Shown: positions 11,771 to 25,555, counted from the first letter of the stretch. The stretch: 64,000 bases of DNA from Kudoa neothunni (GCA_964304625.1 OZ199838.1:2025927-2089926), one strand, 5' to 3'. Numbers and translations: made by a program. Notes: generated by a model not told the origin, from the sequence alone.

Positions 11771-13244
11771 TATTTATTATATATAAGAGGAGTGTCCATG
11801 TATGTGTGGATGTAACACGGGGGATACACATGTGCGGATATATCTATTTCCTTACAGGGACATATGTTGAAACTTTTAACTATATAGGCATGACCTAAAC
11901 GCGGTTTTCTGACAATTTAACCAACTTTAAATATATCTGCATTATTATTAACTGGTATACAACCCATTTTGTGTTTTGGTGAGAGCGGCTAATAAGATTT
12001 AAAGGGCATATTTGTGGATTATCAAGAGAATTTCATTGTTTGGCGCCAGTGAGATTATCAACATCTCCAGGATAAACATTAAGATTCTTAGGTAACCCAG
12101 ATTATGTCAATAATAAACATGTTAATCAAGTTACCAGACAGAATTTAAGAAATGTATCTAATCTCATATGTCATATTTTACCTTATTTTTTGTACAGCTT
12201 TTGTTATACACTTGGAAAGATAATACGGTTACAAAAAATCGTCCATTTACTTAAGATTACTGCTCAAGTAATCAGTAACTTCGTTAGAATTAGGGAGTTT
12301 GCTGATACACTACATAAAAAGTAGATTGAAAATTATCTGTTTATGATTGATCTCAATTTATATCAGGATGAAGATCAATTAAATGAATTCCTGCTGTATG
12401 AATATGGCAAGAAAGTCTGTTAATTAAAGTATTGAATGTTTAAAATTGATAAGTATGTCGTTAGGAACAATTTTACGGCACATGAAACCACTAGCGCGAT
12501 ATTTACTAGAGAGTTTGAGGCTGCAAAGCGCTTAACCCTCCCCGGACTATGCGGGGACATTAGTGACCCCATTTTTGATAAATGATTTTTACTTATTTAA
12601 ACTTTTCATTTTAATTTTTCAGTTCATATAATCTTAGATTTACATGTATTGTTTTAAAATACAAAATTTCAGATAAGTTGTAATATTCTACGGTTAAAAA
12701 ATTTTGTTTGATGTTATGTAGCACTGATATATGTTATTTAAAATTATTTTATACAGTTGTATTAAGTGTAGTTAATGTAGGTGAGAGGAAAAATGATCAT
12801 TCCAATATATATTGTCACGACAAATCTGAGGAATATTGCAATTTGTAACCGTTCTTGTTATCTGTTTATAGGGTTCCGAAGATGCAATAGGATTAAAGAG
12901 ATTAATTCCATTATTATTGTCGCCCAGGTTATCGCGCGTTGAAAACCTATCAGGTTGCCTGATGTGCTTTCAAAATATGTTATAATATTTATTTTTTCCG
13001 TGAATTAAATTTAAACTGTAATAAATTAAAAGATGGCCATATTTTACTAAAAAATCAATAGTTTAGTCTAATAATTAATAGATTAAAATATGGTCACATT
13101 ATTTCTGTCATGATATATATCGTCAAATTTCCGAGATTCCTTAGTCTTTAAAACTAACAAGTTATCACTTATATTAATCGTTTTATTTTTTTAATTTTTA
13201 GTGAAAGTAAACTAGGCCATTTCCTTAAAGTTATAACTTACAAC

Positions 13245-14153
13245 TAGGGTTTCACCGATACCCATTCCCATACCATGTTCTACACATTCCCACATTTTAA
13301 ATTTAAATGGTTATAGACGTTTGTTGTATTCTAGTGAGATTACACCTAAATTTTTAGTCATTCAAACAAAAGTTTTTATTTCTCTAAAATTTACTGATTC
13401 CACTTAATAAGGGAACCTAACTGATTGTGGTAATGGTAAAGTATGTGGCACCTAAAAAATATCCTCTTGAGCACGTTTTATCGCATTTATTTTCTCACAA
13501 TTCTTAATAATAAAAAAAATAAGGATAGAATAAATTTAGCTCAGAATAATAACTTCAAAAACATTGAATTATTTTGTTTCTCTCTTAGTTATTACCTCAA
13601 AAGTCATTTTATTATTACTATTAAGATTTTTTACTATTGATATGTAACAATTTTGTATAAACTAACTTTAAAAATAAATATTTTGCAAATTTCACAAAAA
13701 CATCTCATTTTTCATTTAATAAAAATATTTGTGGACTTTCAGATATAGATATTAATGTAATAAGATTTTTTTATTAAATTTTTTATTGTAAAAATTTGTG
13801 TTTATATGATAAAAAATTCTCAAAGTTATTATTTTGCTCTCCAAAATTCTTTTATTTTATTATCAATAATCGTGAAAAAAATTTCAAAAAACATGCAAAA
13901 GATGAGGTTTTTTAGTTGCCGCATACTTTACCATTACCTGATATTTCATTGATAAGCCTAATGAATATTTCAAACCTAATATGCTTTTTGTATTATTAAA
14001 CGGTAAAATGCGTAAAGATTTATAAAAAATGTAAGAATAAATTTAAGATATCTTGATACATTTTAATGTAATCTGACACATTATTCTTCATTATACTCTG
14101 GTTTAAAAAACGAAATTTCATTGGTATCGGTTTTAAAAATCGGGACAACCCTA
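13245..14153. mobile_element. Non-autonomous hAT-like element containing a nested MITE
   Basis: Ends TAGGGTTTCACCGATACC and GGTATCGG...ATCGGGACAACCCTA. The flanking 8-mers CTTACAAC and CCTATAAC match 6/8, consistent with an aged 8-bp TSD. Confidence 0.65.
13429..13938. mobile_element. Merlin-type MITE, 510 bp, nested in the hAT-like element
   Basis: GGTAATGGTAAAGTATGTGGCA ... TGCCGCATACTTTACCATTACC TIRs. The GG-start terminus is Merlin-like, but no clean TSD is visible. Confidence 0.7.
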
Positions 14154-16949
14154 CCTATAACTATTGAAAAGATTAAAACCGAGTTGAAAGAAATATGCTT
14201 TTGATCATATTTATATTCTGATTAAAAATATTTTCACTCATAATTCACATAAATTAATCCTTACTTATTTAGACTCAGCATTATTCTTTATTTCTCAAGA
14301 TGTATTGTGAACATATCTTAGTGTAAATCAATATTGGATTACCGAACTTCACCAGAGTTACCTCCTGTTAGTGTCATGGTCGAGCCAGCCTAATATTGGT
14401 ATAAAAGATGGCGTAGAAGTTTCTATTTTGTTATATTCAGCTAAAAACGAAATTGGAATAGTTATATCTATTACATCCGACATTTGAAGTTTTGTTTAGA
14501 TAAGTTTAATTGGTTTATGTCCCCCGACATTGGTACGATATTTTTAACAAATTCTTTTGTCGCTTTGATATTTTAACGTATATTTTAATGTTCAAAAAAT
14601 TAATTAATCTATATAACAAAAGTTAGAATTATACTCAATCATTATAATAGAAAACCACCGGGGATCGCTGACCGCCCCACATGGGAAACACACGTAAGTT
14701 TTTTGAGCAGGGTCCTTCGAGGATTAAAATTTGTGGCGCTTATTGATTTTTTTAATATATTTATTCGCTTTTCTAAAACATGAAATATATTTTTAAGGGG
14801 AAAGATTATCATTATTTTAGTTGACACATTATAAAACGATGTACGATGTACGTATAATTTGTAAATATTATTAAAAAAATAATAATTCCGCTGAAATTCC
14901 AGTAAGGTTTCAATTTCTTATTATCATTTTAATTGCATAAAGTTGAAATCATATTAATTTTTTGAATATGTTTTACCCATGTTCAAGATTACCAAAGTTT
15001 TCCTACATTCAAACTGAATAAACCATTGTAATGATTTTCGAAACTTGATTAAATAATTTTTTAAGTAGAATTTACGCATTCAAACACCTAATTATTTTCT
15101 AACTTTGACTTGAAAGTTATTAATCAAATATATATTAGATATTTTTTTAGGCAAAAATTGATTCATTATGATATGAAGACTGTATAAAAATATGATTCAT
15201 TCATGCTACAAATAATTTTAGGATGTGCTTTAACGAGTGCCATGGATAAAAGCAGTCCATTCTTATAAACCCTTATTCGATTAATAAATAAGAAACTAAT
15301 AGTTTATTTTATCAAAAAAATATTATTACAAGGTTCCAATTAATTTGAGAACAGATAAATAAAAAATTATTCCGAAACAATAGAATAGTACGTTAATCTT
15401 TAAACAAGAGTCACTCTTCGAGAAAACCAATTTACTGCCTAAGCGTTACTGTACATTTTCATGTCAAAAACATATTTATCATCGATAAAATCAATTTTAT
15501 ATTTACGTTAGGTTGGTTTTTTGGACGGAACGGATTTTGTCTGAAGAGGAATATATAGATTTATTAAAAAAGTTTTAAAACGTATTAAAACCGCGAAACT
15601 ATTATTCTCCGATCACTGATGTTTAGATAAAATCAAAATTAAACTCCTTCATAAAATTATCAGAAAAGAGCTATATTTGGCGATATTCTTTTAAAAGTCA
15701 AAAACTGCATTTTATATCTATTTCATCTATTATCAGATAGATTGAAGCATTATAATGCAAGTACTGTATTTCATTGAAAACCTCCGCTACGTTGAACGTT
15801 CAGTGATTAAATTCAAATTATTTTTGTTAATATTGACGCGATTTATATGTGTTTCTAAGAAAGAGCGTATTAAAGTTTGTGTCGGGTCAAGAGATATTAA
15901 TTTGAGTAATAAAAATAAATTTCCGTATACTTTCTTCTACCTCTATATCTTTTTTTACCATTCCCAAAAAGCATGGCAAAAACTTTCCGAACCGGGGCCA
16001 AAAATAGCGTTTTAGATAAACACTTTAACGGGATTTACATAATTCAGAATGCTATAAAATACGATCCTGAACATAAATTATTTAGCGTTTAGTGCCGGGT
16101 CACGAAATGTCTAAATGAACGCCGGGATCAATACACTCCTTCACAGAAATGAGCATAATTTAAATTTCATATTCACAATCGTTTAAAATATAATGTTTTA
16201 AAAAAGTTTTTAGTTTGTCTGCATCTATAGGTTAATTTGAAAATATTGATATCTCTTTTGAATGTTATTAAGAAATTTTTCAATGCTTATTACCCCCAAG
16301 CAAAGCTGGGCAATTATCGCTAGTGGATAGATAATTGGGCAGTAATGACGTATTTTGAAGTCAATAGCGCTATTCTCGATACCGCTTATTTTTAAATGAC
16401 GGATAATGTAAAAAAACCCAGAGCAAATCACTAATTATATAAAAATTAAAAATAATGTTTAACGTACCCCTCATTTTAATAGAATCAGAAGGTTTGAATC
16501 TCGATCTGGTCTCATTTAGAATCATATATCCTCTTTTTTGGATTAACCTATTATAATATTGATTAATCTTATGTTTGTATTATATATTTTTGGTTCGTTA
16601 GCCCTGTATAAGCAAGAGTCTTTCCTAATGAAGGTTGGATTACAGCGAGTTTCATTTAGTTCTGTTTTTGATTAAATGAATGACTAAAGATGTTATTTTT
16701 TAAGGTCCATCGATAAATTAAGTTAGAATTGATCGAATACATGTTAATTTTAATGATAAAAGTATACATTAATTGATTTCAAATTTTAATGTGATAGGAA
16801 GTTTTTAATCAACGTTATAAACAGTTTAAATTAAAAATATCGATACTTTTAAAAAAGTTAAGCTACATAATTTTTTTTTCGAGATAAAGTGGGGCGCGAT
16901 AGAAAAAATGTTGGGAAACACTGGTTTAATCCGTTACCGGGGATAAAAT

Positions 16950-17288
16950 AAATGACTGTTTTTATTCTTATTTATTAAAAAACATGTATACCTTGTGTTT
17001 ATAAAATATAAAATATAACAAATAAATATTAAATATAATAATAAAAATGAAATATAGGATAAATATTTGTTGTCCGTTAAAACGATAGATTATGAAGGGT
17101 TCTCTTTCTATGACGTTCTCACAATTTGATTGGGCGACTCTTCTTCTGGAATTTCTTTTCTTATCTGTTTTTTCTCCAATTAGATTTGTTCTAAATACCC
17201 TTTCTATATGTGTTCGAACTCAAAACTGTTTCTGATTCAAAATTATTGGGTCTAGCCCCAATTTGTACGAACTCCGAGGTTGCACTAT
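16950..17288 (-). repeat. Copy of the CAGTGCAACCTCGGAGTTC repeat family
   Basis: The reverse complement aligns by eye with 42518-42735 joined to 43736-43820. Confidence 0.65.
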
Positions 17289-17984
17289 AATTAAATTCAT
17301 AAGAACCAATATAATTCAGTAAGATTAGCAACTAGTGTGGACTGCCAAAATCTCTTACATTAGATAAATCTCTTAAGTAAGTTCACTCCGTATAAGATCA
17401 GATTGAGACGTTAGAAATGGCACTCGGGTTGTCTAAAAAATTATCTTAACCCATGGGTTCTCAACGGTGTTTTCAAATTTACCTCCTTAACTTGAAAGCC
17501 AAATTTATATCTACTTTAAAGCTTTATTAATGGTTTAGCTAAGTTAGAGGGTATTTTCAAGGTAAATTCTAATCCTAAAAGGGTGTGGTGTGCATGCTAG
17601 CGTAATGACGATTTTTAAAACCGAGAAGCTTTTACTTACAATCTATCTAAAGAGTGAATTTTTATACTTTGGAAAATTAAATTATTTCTTTCCAACTTAT
17701 TCGCTTTTATGGACGAGAAAATAATTAAAAATACTCAAAATTAATGACACTTGAATACTATTTACCATGAAAAAAAGGAATTTTAAGTAGTATTATTACT
17801 AGGCTACACAATTAAAGGATAAACGAGGCCTGAAAGAAAGAGACTGATAATAGCTTTATACAGTATTTCAAGATCCAAACGCAACTATGTAAGATCAAAG
17901 TTTGTCAGTTATTTCATTTAATAAATATTCTGCACACTCGAGACGCAGCGCGTTCCTGTACTTCTAATTCGAAATCAAGTAGGA

Positions 17985-18358
17985 AGTCTGTAGTAATGGT
18001 AGGAATCTACGACTTAACGTGGTCTTGCTTACAGCTGGGAGAGGGGCCTGGCGGAAGGGTAGATCTCGGGTGCTCATAAACGTCGGTGTGCAGCGATGAA
18101 ATAAAACCCAGTAGGAAGTTTCCGTAGAACGGATGCCCGCATTCAGACAACTTTCTCGGACTAATTCTGAGTTAGTCCAGGTATGGTTACTCCAAAACGA
18201 GGATGTTTAATGGGTTTAAATCCCACACAATCGCATAAAGTAAGTCGCCTTAATATGACGCTGCGGTGCCTAAAGCGTAAATGGAGAAGGTCTAACCAGC
18301 CCGAACTCCATAACCTATCAAGTTACGTGAAGGGTTTGACCTTGTAAACAAAAAAAAC
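17985..18358 (+). mobile_element. GC-rich non-LTR retrotransposon or SINE-like 3' remnant
   Basis: Non-coding GC island containing GTTTAATGGGTTTAAATCCCACA, reminiscent of non-LTR 3' UTR motifs, and ending in an A-rich tail. Confidence 0.4.
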
Positions 18359-18671
18359 TCGTAAATTTTCCAATAAAAAAAAAATTCCCCCTTATTTTTT
18401 GGTAGCTATACAGAATATAATAGATTATAATAAATTATAGAAGTGTATCCTAATTTTATTCCAGAATATTGATATAAAATTGCTCCTGGAGTAGAAATCT
18501 ACGCCACTTCACTTGGAAGGTGTAAATTTTTCGATTGCTTGGAAAATTAATGTAATACCTAGCAAAATATTAATGAACCGTGAATTGAAAAAAATAAAGA
18601 AATAAATCAGATTATGATTTTGCATATAACATAATTTTAAAGTTATTTAATAGGGTTTGGATTAAACAGAT

Positions 18672-19132
18672 TTATTTTTGAATAGCATTGGAAATGCGTG
18701 AACATATTTTATGGCATCATTGTAGGTTTTCATGTCTACATAAGCAAGAGATAAAAACTGATTCGATGAAAATATCATTACTGAAATCGGACGAAACAAA
18801 TGGGACCAATTTTTGAGCGGTAACCACATCCTTGCTTTCTACCCTGACGACGGCATGGAAAAAACATCCGTCACTTAAATCGTTATTCTAAAACAGATTA
18901 GAATATTATTCCGAACCTGCAATAACCTGTTCGTAAAGTTTAACGGTGATCTCTCCATCATCAGCCATGAGAGCTTTCACCTCCATTCTATTTGGTAACA
19001 CCTAAATAAAAATTATTTCCCCAATAACATACAATTGGACTATATATGCACCTGCTTAACTTTTCCTATCATGGACACTACTTTTCCGACGGAAGAGGAA
19101 AGTAGCGGGGAGTTAACATGTGCAAATTCCAT
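18672..19132 (-). CDS. RPA3: Replication protein A 14 kDa subunit (4 exons)
   Basis: Spliced product MEFAHVNSPLLSSSVGKVVSMIGKVKQ/VLPNRMEVKALMADDGEITVKLYEQ/NNDLSDGCFFHAVVRVESKDVVTAQKLVPFVSSDF/NMKTYNDAIKICSRISNAIQK fits RPA14 in length and pattern (INAGML..IDKPVCFVG; FDLGLYNEAVKI). The ORF track misses it. Confidence 0.85.
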
Positions 19133-19766
19133 TTTGTTGGCCGGATAACGCGCACGCAACCAATATGATATTAAGGTATTTGTTGGAGCGTCATCTAAGT
19201 AAACTTATTTCTAAATTACCAACAGAGAAAATAATAACGGATGAGGCGAGAATAAACCAAGCCACCCTCACTCAAGCGCAGGAGGGTACGCGTCATTATA
19301 TATTCCAGCACAAAAGATGGAGATATTCAGCAGTGTAGGTGGAGAGAGTGTATAGTGGTGTGAGTTAACTGTCAAATTTTAGTATTTTGTGTGGTATTTA
19401 TGCGCTATTTCGAATGAATATCGAGCTGAGAAATTATATAAGTAACTTTGTGATGATAAATGGATTTGAAATTAATTTAAAAATTTAGTGGATAACAACA
19501 TTGAGGATCCGTTGCTACATGGTGTGAAAAAATTCCGTTGAAAAATTTTTGATTCATAGTTTTTATATATAAAACTTTAAAAATGTGTGTTTTTTCAGCA
19601 GCGTGTGATTTGAAAGAATTTCGCATGATTGAGTGTTGAGTGTCGATTTTTGAGGGGTTGAGGAGAAGACGTAAGTAATCAATTGGTTGATTTTTGTAAC
19701 ACCAAAAGCTCACCTCTTCTATATTTGAACAGTTACAATCATACTCAATGTTAGTATACGTAGATT

Positions 19767-21022
19767 TTAGGAATCGTTATCAAAATATACGTTGATCAGA
19801 GGAAGTAGCAGAGGTAGGCTTGTGGAGATCCATCGATTTGGGTATTGAAGAAGAACATTGTAGAATTGACGATTTCTTGTGGGGGCTCTTTCCGATTGAA
19901 GATAGCATACTGCAATGGTTTTGTTGAATTGTTCATCACGAGCATTGATCGTTAAATTGATTGTGCTGCAGTTGAAGTTGCTTAGTCGATAATTGAACTG
20001 AAAGGTTTCATTGAAGAAGGGGTTTTTAGTGCGAAAGCGTTGGCTGGTTTTTGAAGAATAAATCAGTTTGCCTTCGCAGCTCACATTAACGTAACATCTT
20101 ATTGCTAGATAAGATTAAGTTATAGTTTAATAAAGATGTGTATGTCGAGCACGTCCTCACTGATGACTGATGAAACCTACCGTAGTTTGTGAGTCCACTC
20201 ACGCTTAGATTTTTACATCGTACCACACAAAGAAATAGTTTTTCTAATATTGGGTTGTATTTGGCAGCAAGCACTATATTTCCTTGATCGCTGGAAAGGG
20301 TTCGCAATATAATCCGACTAAAGTTTTTCTGGTCAATCTCCAACGCGGGACACATCATCAACGACACTTTATGAAAATCTGATTGATCCCAATTGAAATC
20401 CAATGGTGAGAGCTGATTCTCACTAACAATCTGCAATTGAGAAGACTCGCTGTAATTGAGAATTTGCATTAGAATAGATCTTCCCAGAAGATTGTATATG
20501 TCTACGTTGGCAAAGGTGATAGTGATTGCATCGCTGTAGTTTTTGGTGGTCAATAAAACCTAAAATTTATAGCCATAATATCACTTAATACATTGCTCAA
20601 CAAATATGAAAACATCAAATCAATTAATCAAATCAAATCAAATACATTGGACTCAAAGGTTGTGAAAGCATCCGGTAGAAGTGTCACCTTAAGATACGGC
20701 TTTAAATTTCGAATAACAATGGGTGCTATTTCAAATATTTCTTTTACGATAATAGATAAACCTTGAGTTTTGGTTACTTCGAATTGTGCAGTAAGATTGG
20801 CTACATAATAAAACAAATGATCGAACAACTGATAATATGGTTTGGGAAGGCACTTATTTGAAAATTGAATTGAGGTTTGTTTTTAACGTAGGTTTCAGAT
20901 GGTTGCAGTGAGGAGAATAAATCGGTAGATTTTTGCTGGATTTTCTCTCCACTACCAACTCTCTCCAACATATTGTCTATCATTTGGATAGATTTTTTAA
21001 TCCATTCCTTGTCGAACGACAT
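19767..21022 (-). CDS. Tandem C2-domain synaptotagmin-like protein, divergent
   Basis: C2A-like KPYLKVTLLPD; C2B-like GNIVLAAKYNPILEKLFLCVVRCKNL and KTSQRFRTKNPFFNETFQF; C-terminal LLQYPNRWI. Multi-exon; the start codon is uncertain. Confidence 0.75.
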
Positions 21023-21352
21023 TTTGTTGGTATTCAAATAAACACATTTAGGTGTCAAATTGCCGTATTCTCCTTGACGACCGCCACGACAATCAATAAA
21101 GTGAAACAATAATATCGACTTTGCAAAAAATATATAAATAAATTTTTGATTCAAACTTTCTCAATTATCTTAAAGATAAAATACTTTCAATTGATAGTGA
21201 TGATATGAGATCCAATTCCTGATAATATTTTTAATTATTAAAGATGCATATTACTGGTCTATCAGTGGGATTTTATTTAAACCCCTATCTAATAGATAGC
21301 AGTAATATCGATCTGACAACATATTTTTGAGTGTAGGACTTGGGGGGTCGAA

Positions 21353-22653
21353 ATGATTGTTTTTATCATAACTGGTTCATTAATACTTTTGGAGGGGTGA
21401 TTTATTAGGACTTTTAGCGAAATTGCTTGCAAGCGTAGAGACAGATTATCTCTTGGTTAATGTGTTAGAAAACTCTAACAAAGCCTATTCCTATGATAGT
21501 TACAAACTGAATTTGATAACCAATAACGAAAATACTTATATGGGGAATTATTCATTATCCATACCTATCAATAACCAAACCCAACTTAACCAGAGTGCTT
21601 GCTCTTTCTGTCACCCCTATTTTAACTCCACTGTTTTTGAGTTTTCTGAGGTAAAATTTTAAGAATCAGTTTTCGTTTAATATTCTTTCTTAAGAGCATG
21701 AAGTTGCAAATCGCTCCCATATATTCGGAACCTTCGACTACTACCTCTCTAATTTTTGAAATTCAATACGCCGATCTGAAACCTCAACTGTCATTAATTA
21801 GGAACCATTTCGTCAATTTTCTCTTCCAGAAATGTAGCTCATCACAAATTGAACATTACCTTGATCTGATGAGCAAGTCTACAGACAGGTGCACACTGAA
21901 CAACGATCCCAATGGATGTCAATTGTTGGATATTATTATGGTGCATTTGAAAGTTGAATTCATTATAATTTTTTCTATATTTATTTAGAAAAAGCAACAA
22001 AAATATAATTTGTTCAATCTAGATGATAAACTGATGAAAAATACGTATTTTTCTGTGGGTATGGATAGAAATGGGTTTCTATTGGAAGAATTTTTTGTAA
22101 ACCATCGAATTAAATTTATGTCCTCAATGGATTCAACTTTTAGAAGCTATGTATTTGATACATTCAACTTACCAGCTATTTATATCTTATGTAGAAAAGA
22201 GAAGTTGAGAGTGTCGATATTAAGCCACTAGATTCTAACCCATCGGTCTCCTCCCACCAATTAATTCTGGGCTTCGACCCATACAAAGACCAAGACTACG
22301 ACTCATCATGGTCTCATTGTGAGGGTGATTTGAAATTATATCTGCCGAAAAATAGGACTTCGCCCACTCATTTAGAAAAAATTCGAGTAATCTTATTACA
22401 ATTACTAAAATTTAAATTCGCGTAGCTACGTTACAAAAACTCTGTTACTACTGTACAAGTGTGGATATTTGTAAAAATTGAACAAGTTAATTTTCGGTTC
22501 ATTTACTATCGTGCCTGTGTCATAAAATTGAATACGAAAAATTGCCTCGATTATTCAATGAAAAGACTTTATCCATACCAGCTGAAGATAAATTCTAACA
22601 ACTTTCAGATCTATAGCACTTTGATTACTGATTCAGTAAGGTTGATTTTTTGA
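21353..22653 (+). CDS. Uncharacterised multi-exon protein, possibly secreted and Cys-containing
   Basis: Series of coding-like ORFs separated by short GT-AG introns. The spliced N-terminus MIVFIITGLLAKLLASVETD is hydrophobic. No family recognised. Confidence 0.55.
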
Positions 22654-23458
22654 GAGGACATGGGCATGAAGAGGGTCGAATCTATAAAATTTTTTAAAAG
22701 TAAAACCAACCTATACAATTTCTTATAGGTCTTAAATATTTAGTTAAACTATCAAAAATGTTTAATTTATTTATGATTATATTTTAAAAGTATAATTTTG
22801 AAATACCGCCAATTATAAATAGGCTGCGGCTATTTTTAAGATAAAGGATACCTCCTGGGATAATTGTGATATTAAATAATTGATTTGGGAAATGTGTACA
22901 TCAATTTTTTAATGTCCATTAATACAAATTTTGTTGAGTTATTTTTTCATAACAAATTATTAATTGATTTAAGCTTTATTATTAATTATATTATTTAAAT
23001 TCGTATAAATATAAACATATTCTTGATAAAAGATCGAAGTGGAGTTTTGTTTGATGGTGAGAATGATTTAGTTGTGCGTATTGTATTAATTGGATTTGAG
23101 AAATGTTTGTTTCCGTCCGAGCTTATTTAACGGATTAATTGGTTTGACTAGTTGATTTGAAAAATAGAAACTACTACAAAGAAGATAAAAATAATATTAA
23201 AAAAATTTTTATTCCGTACAATTTATCGGAAAATGTGTATTTCATATTTTTCGACGTTATTATCCAAATTATTTTATTCGGGAATACTAATAAACATATT
23301 TTCAAAAATTGACTACAAATTTAAATCTGATTTAAATTCCCCGCTTTAATTCTGGCATTGATAATATGTGTTCTATATTATTTGAAAATACTAGATTTTG
23401 ATTTCAATTTTTTTATAAAACGTTATGCGACCACAATTTAAATTGAACTTTTTTCTTT

Positions 23459-24934
23459 ATGGTAAATAAAAAAATTAAGAAGCGCTGATTCCTTTTAGGT
23501 GGTTCGAGAAATGAGCATTGAACTAAGCTTTTATCATACTAACAAAGATACGTTGCATGAATCGAAAATTCAAATAAAAAAATACATGGAAACATTTGGA
23601 AGCTCGGGATCAAAAATTCACACGATCAAAATAAGGAATATTACTGCTATTTTAGGGGTAGAATTTTGTGATTATCTTCTCGCTCAACCAAACGTTATGT
23701 ACCCTGTGTCTAGATGTGTCGCTAGTGTATTACATTTAATCTTTTTGCTATACTTGACTTTGTGTCTTCAGATTTGCAAAGATTTTGATATTTTTCTGGT
23801 GTTATTTAAACCGAATATTCCATTTACGTCAATTACAGTGTGTTTCGACAGAAAATATGCCAGCACTCCTTGCAATTTTTACCGGAACCAATTCAGCTAC
23901 ACTCATTTCAGCAAGGAGCTTATTAGTTTGAGACTGAATTTTTCCAATTTAACGTTCACTTTGGTAAAAATTATTTACACCACAATTAGATTTAATGTAT
24001 GATTAATAGCCATTGATAGTTTCTCTCTATTTGGACGATAGTTACACTATTATAGTTATCAACGAATGTGCAGTTGGAAAATTGCTGACTATTCCAAATG
24101 CTGCTCCGTATCCATTATCTTTTATAACTTCTAAATTCTCTCAAAAGTACAAAATATTCCCACAGCATACATATGCCTTATATTTTTCTCGAAAAGGTAT
24201 ATTTCCACATAAATTTTAGGAATTATTCCAACAAGACCTCAAACATGACTTATGGTATCAAACCTGATTCAACACTTTGGTGCAATAAAGTGAGAATAAG
24301 AGAAATATCCCTTAAAAATATTATTTATGAATTTATAGTTACTAAAAATATTCGTAATGCTGAATGAGAAAACGCTTGGGAAGTCTTTTGTAGAACTAAA
24401 AATCATGTTTAAATCCACTATGTACAATCTAACTGATGAGGACTGTTTGGAAGAGTTGATATCTCAGAAACGACCGGATAAAAATGATGCCGCAATCAGT
24501 TCAATGTCTCAATTCAGTTTTGGGTTATACTTTCGTTTCAAAGATATGAGTCCTTTTTTGATAAGCAGTGTTAACAACAATATCCCTTCCTCTCGTGAAC
24601 AACCACACACATATGTATACTCCCATTTTTACTTCAAGCGCTACGATATCCATGTATTCTATTTCCACTGTAATATATAATAAATTCTAGTTATTTATTA
24701 ATTAATTAAAAAAAGCAAATAGTAACGCTCCATACAGAGTTACAAAAATGTACATGAGAAAGGAAGTCCTCATATCAGTCGTCATTTCAATGGTGTTAAC
24801 GATTTCAACTATCACAACTATTGGTAATATTTGATAATTACTTTTTTAACTTCTTTAAAGCTGCATTTTGGATTATTGAGAAAAAGAAATCAATCAGAAT
24901 ATTTCGACCCTCCAAATTAAAAAACAAAAAATAA
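23459..24934 (+). CDS. Uncharacterised protein with a C-terminal transmembrane helix
   Basis: Series of ORFs with short introns. The last exons give VLISVVISMVLTISTITTI/AAFWII followed by a basic tail EKKKSIRIFRPSKLKNKK. The start is uncertain. Confidence 0.55.
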
Positions 24935-25555
24935 CAAATATATTTAATTCAAATTTTTATTTAATTCAATATTTTTGCAATTTCTCATAAAAAATATAAA
25001 ATTCTCGTAAGGTTTGGATTGAGGCGTGGAACGAAATAGGATCTTCACGGATAGTAATAGGATTATTGAATGACTAATCAGGGTGTAGTTGGAATCGCGA
25101 AATTGGTCGAGGGTTTTAGGTGATCCCAAGAAATCACCGTTGTCTATTTATTACCTCATTTTTGAGTTTACCTTATTATTATAATGATTCGAAATAATTT
25201 ATAGGTTCTTGTTTTTCAAAGTCGATGGGAAAACTTAATACACGGCGTTTTCTTAAATGGAGGTCAAATTCGATGACCAAATATTTTTATTGGACTATTT
25301 TGGAAGAATAAAACAAAATACGTTGAATTTTTATGTTTTGAAAAATATTTGTTTTTAAAACTTTGCCAAATAGGTTTGTTTAGTTTTTATTTATTTAAAA
25401 AATTGTGAAACTAACAATTCATACACTATGTATGTGGATGTGAAATAAATAATAACTTCGGTTCCGAGATATTTTGAATTACGTTAGACTATTTTGACAA
25501 ACAGGTCAAGCATTATCAGCGTTTAAAGAATAGAATCGTTTGGCAAGTTTATAAA

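Noticed and set aside
11900-12500. Possible retroelement or Helitron coding relic
   Set aside because: Coding-like composition, but no motif I could confirm.
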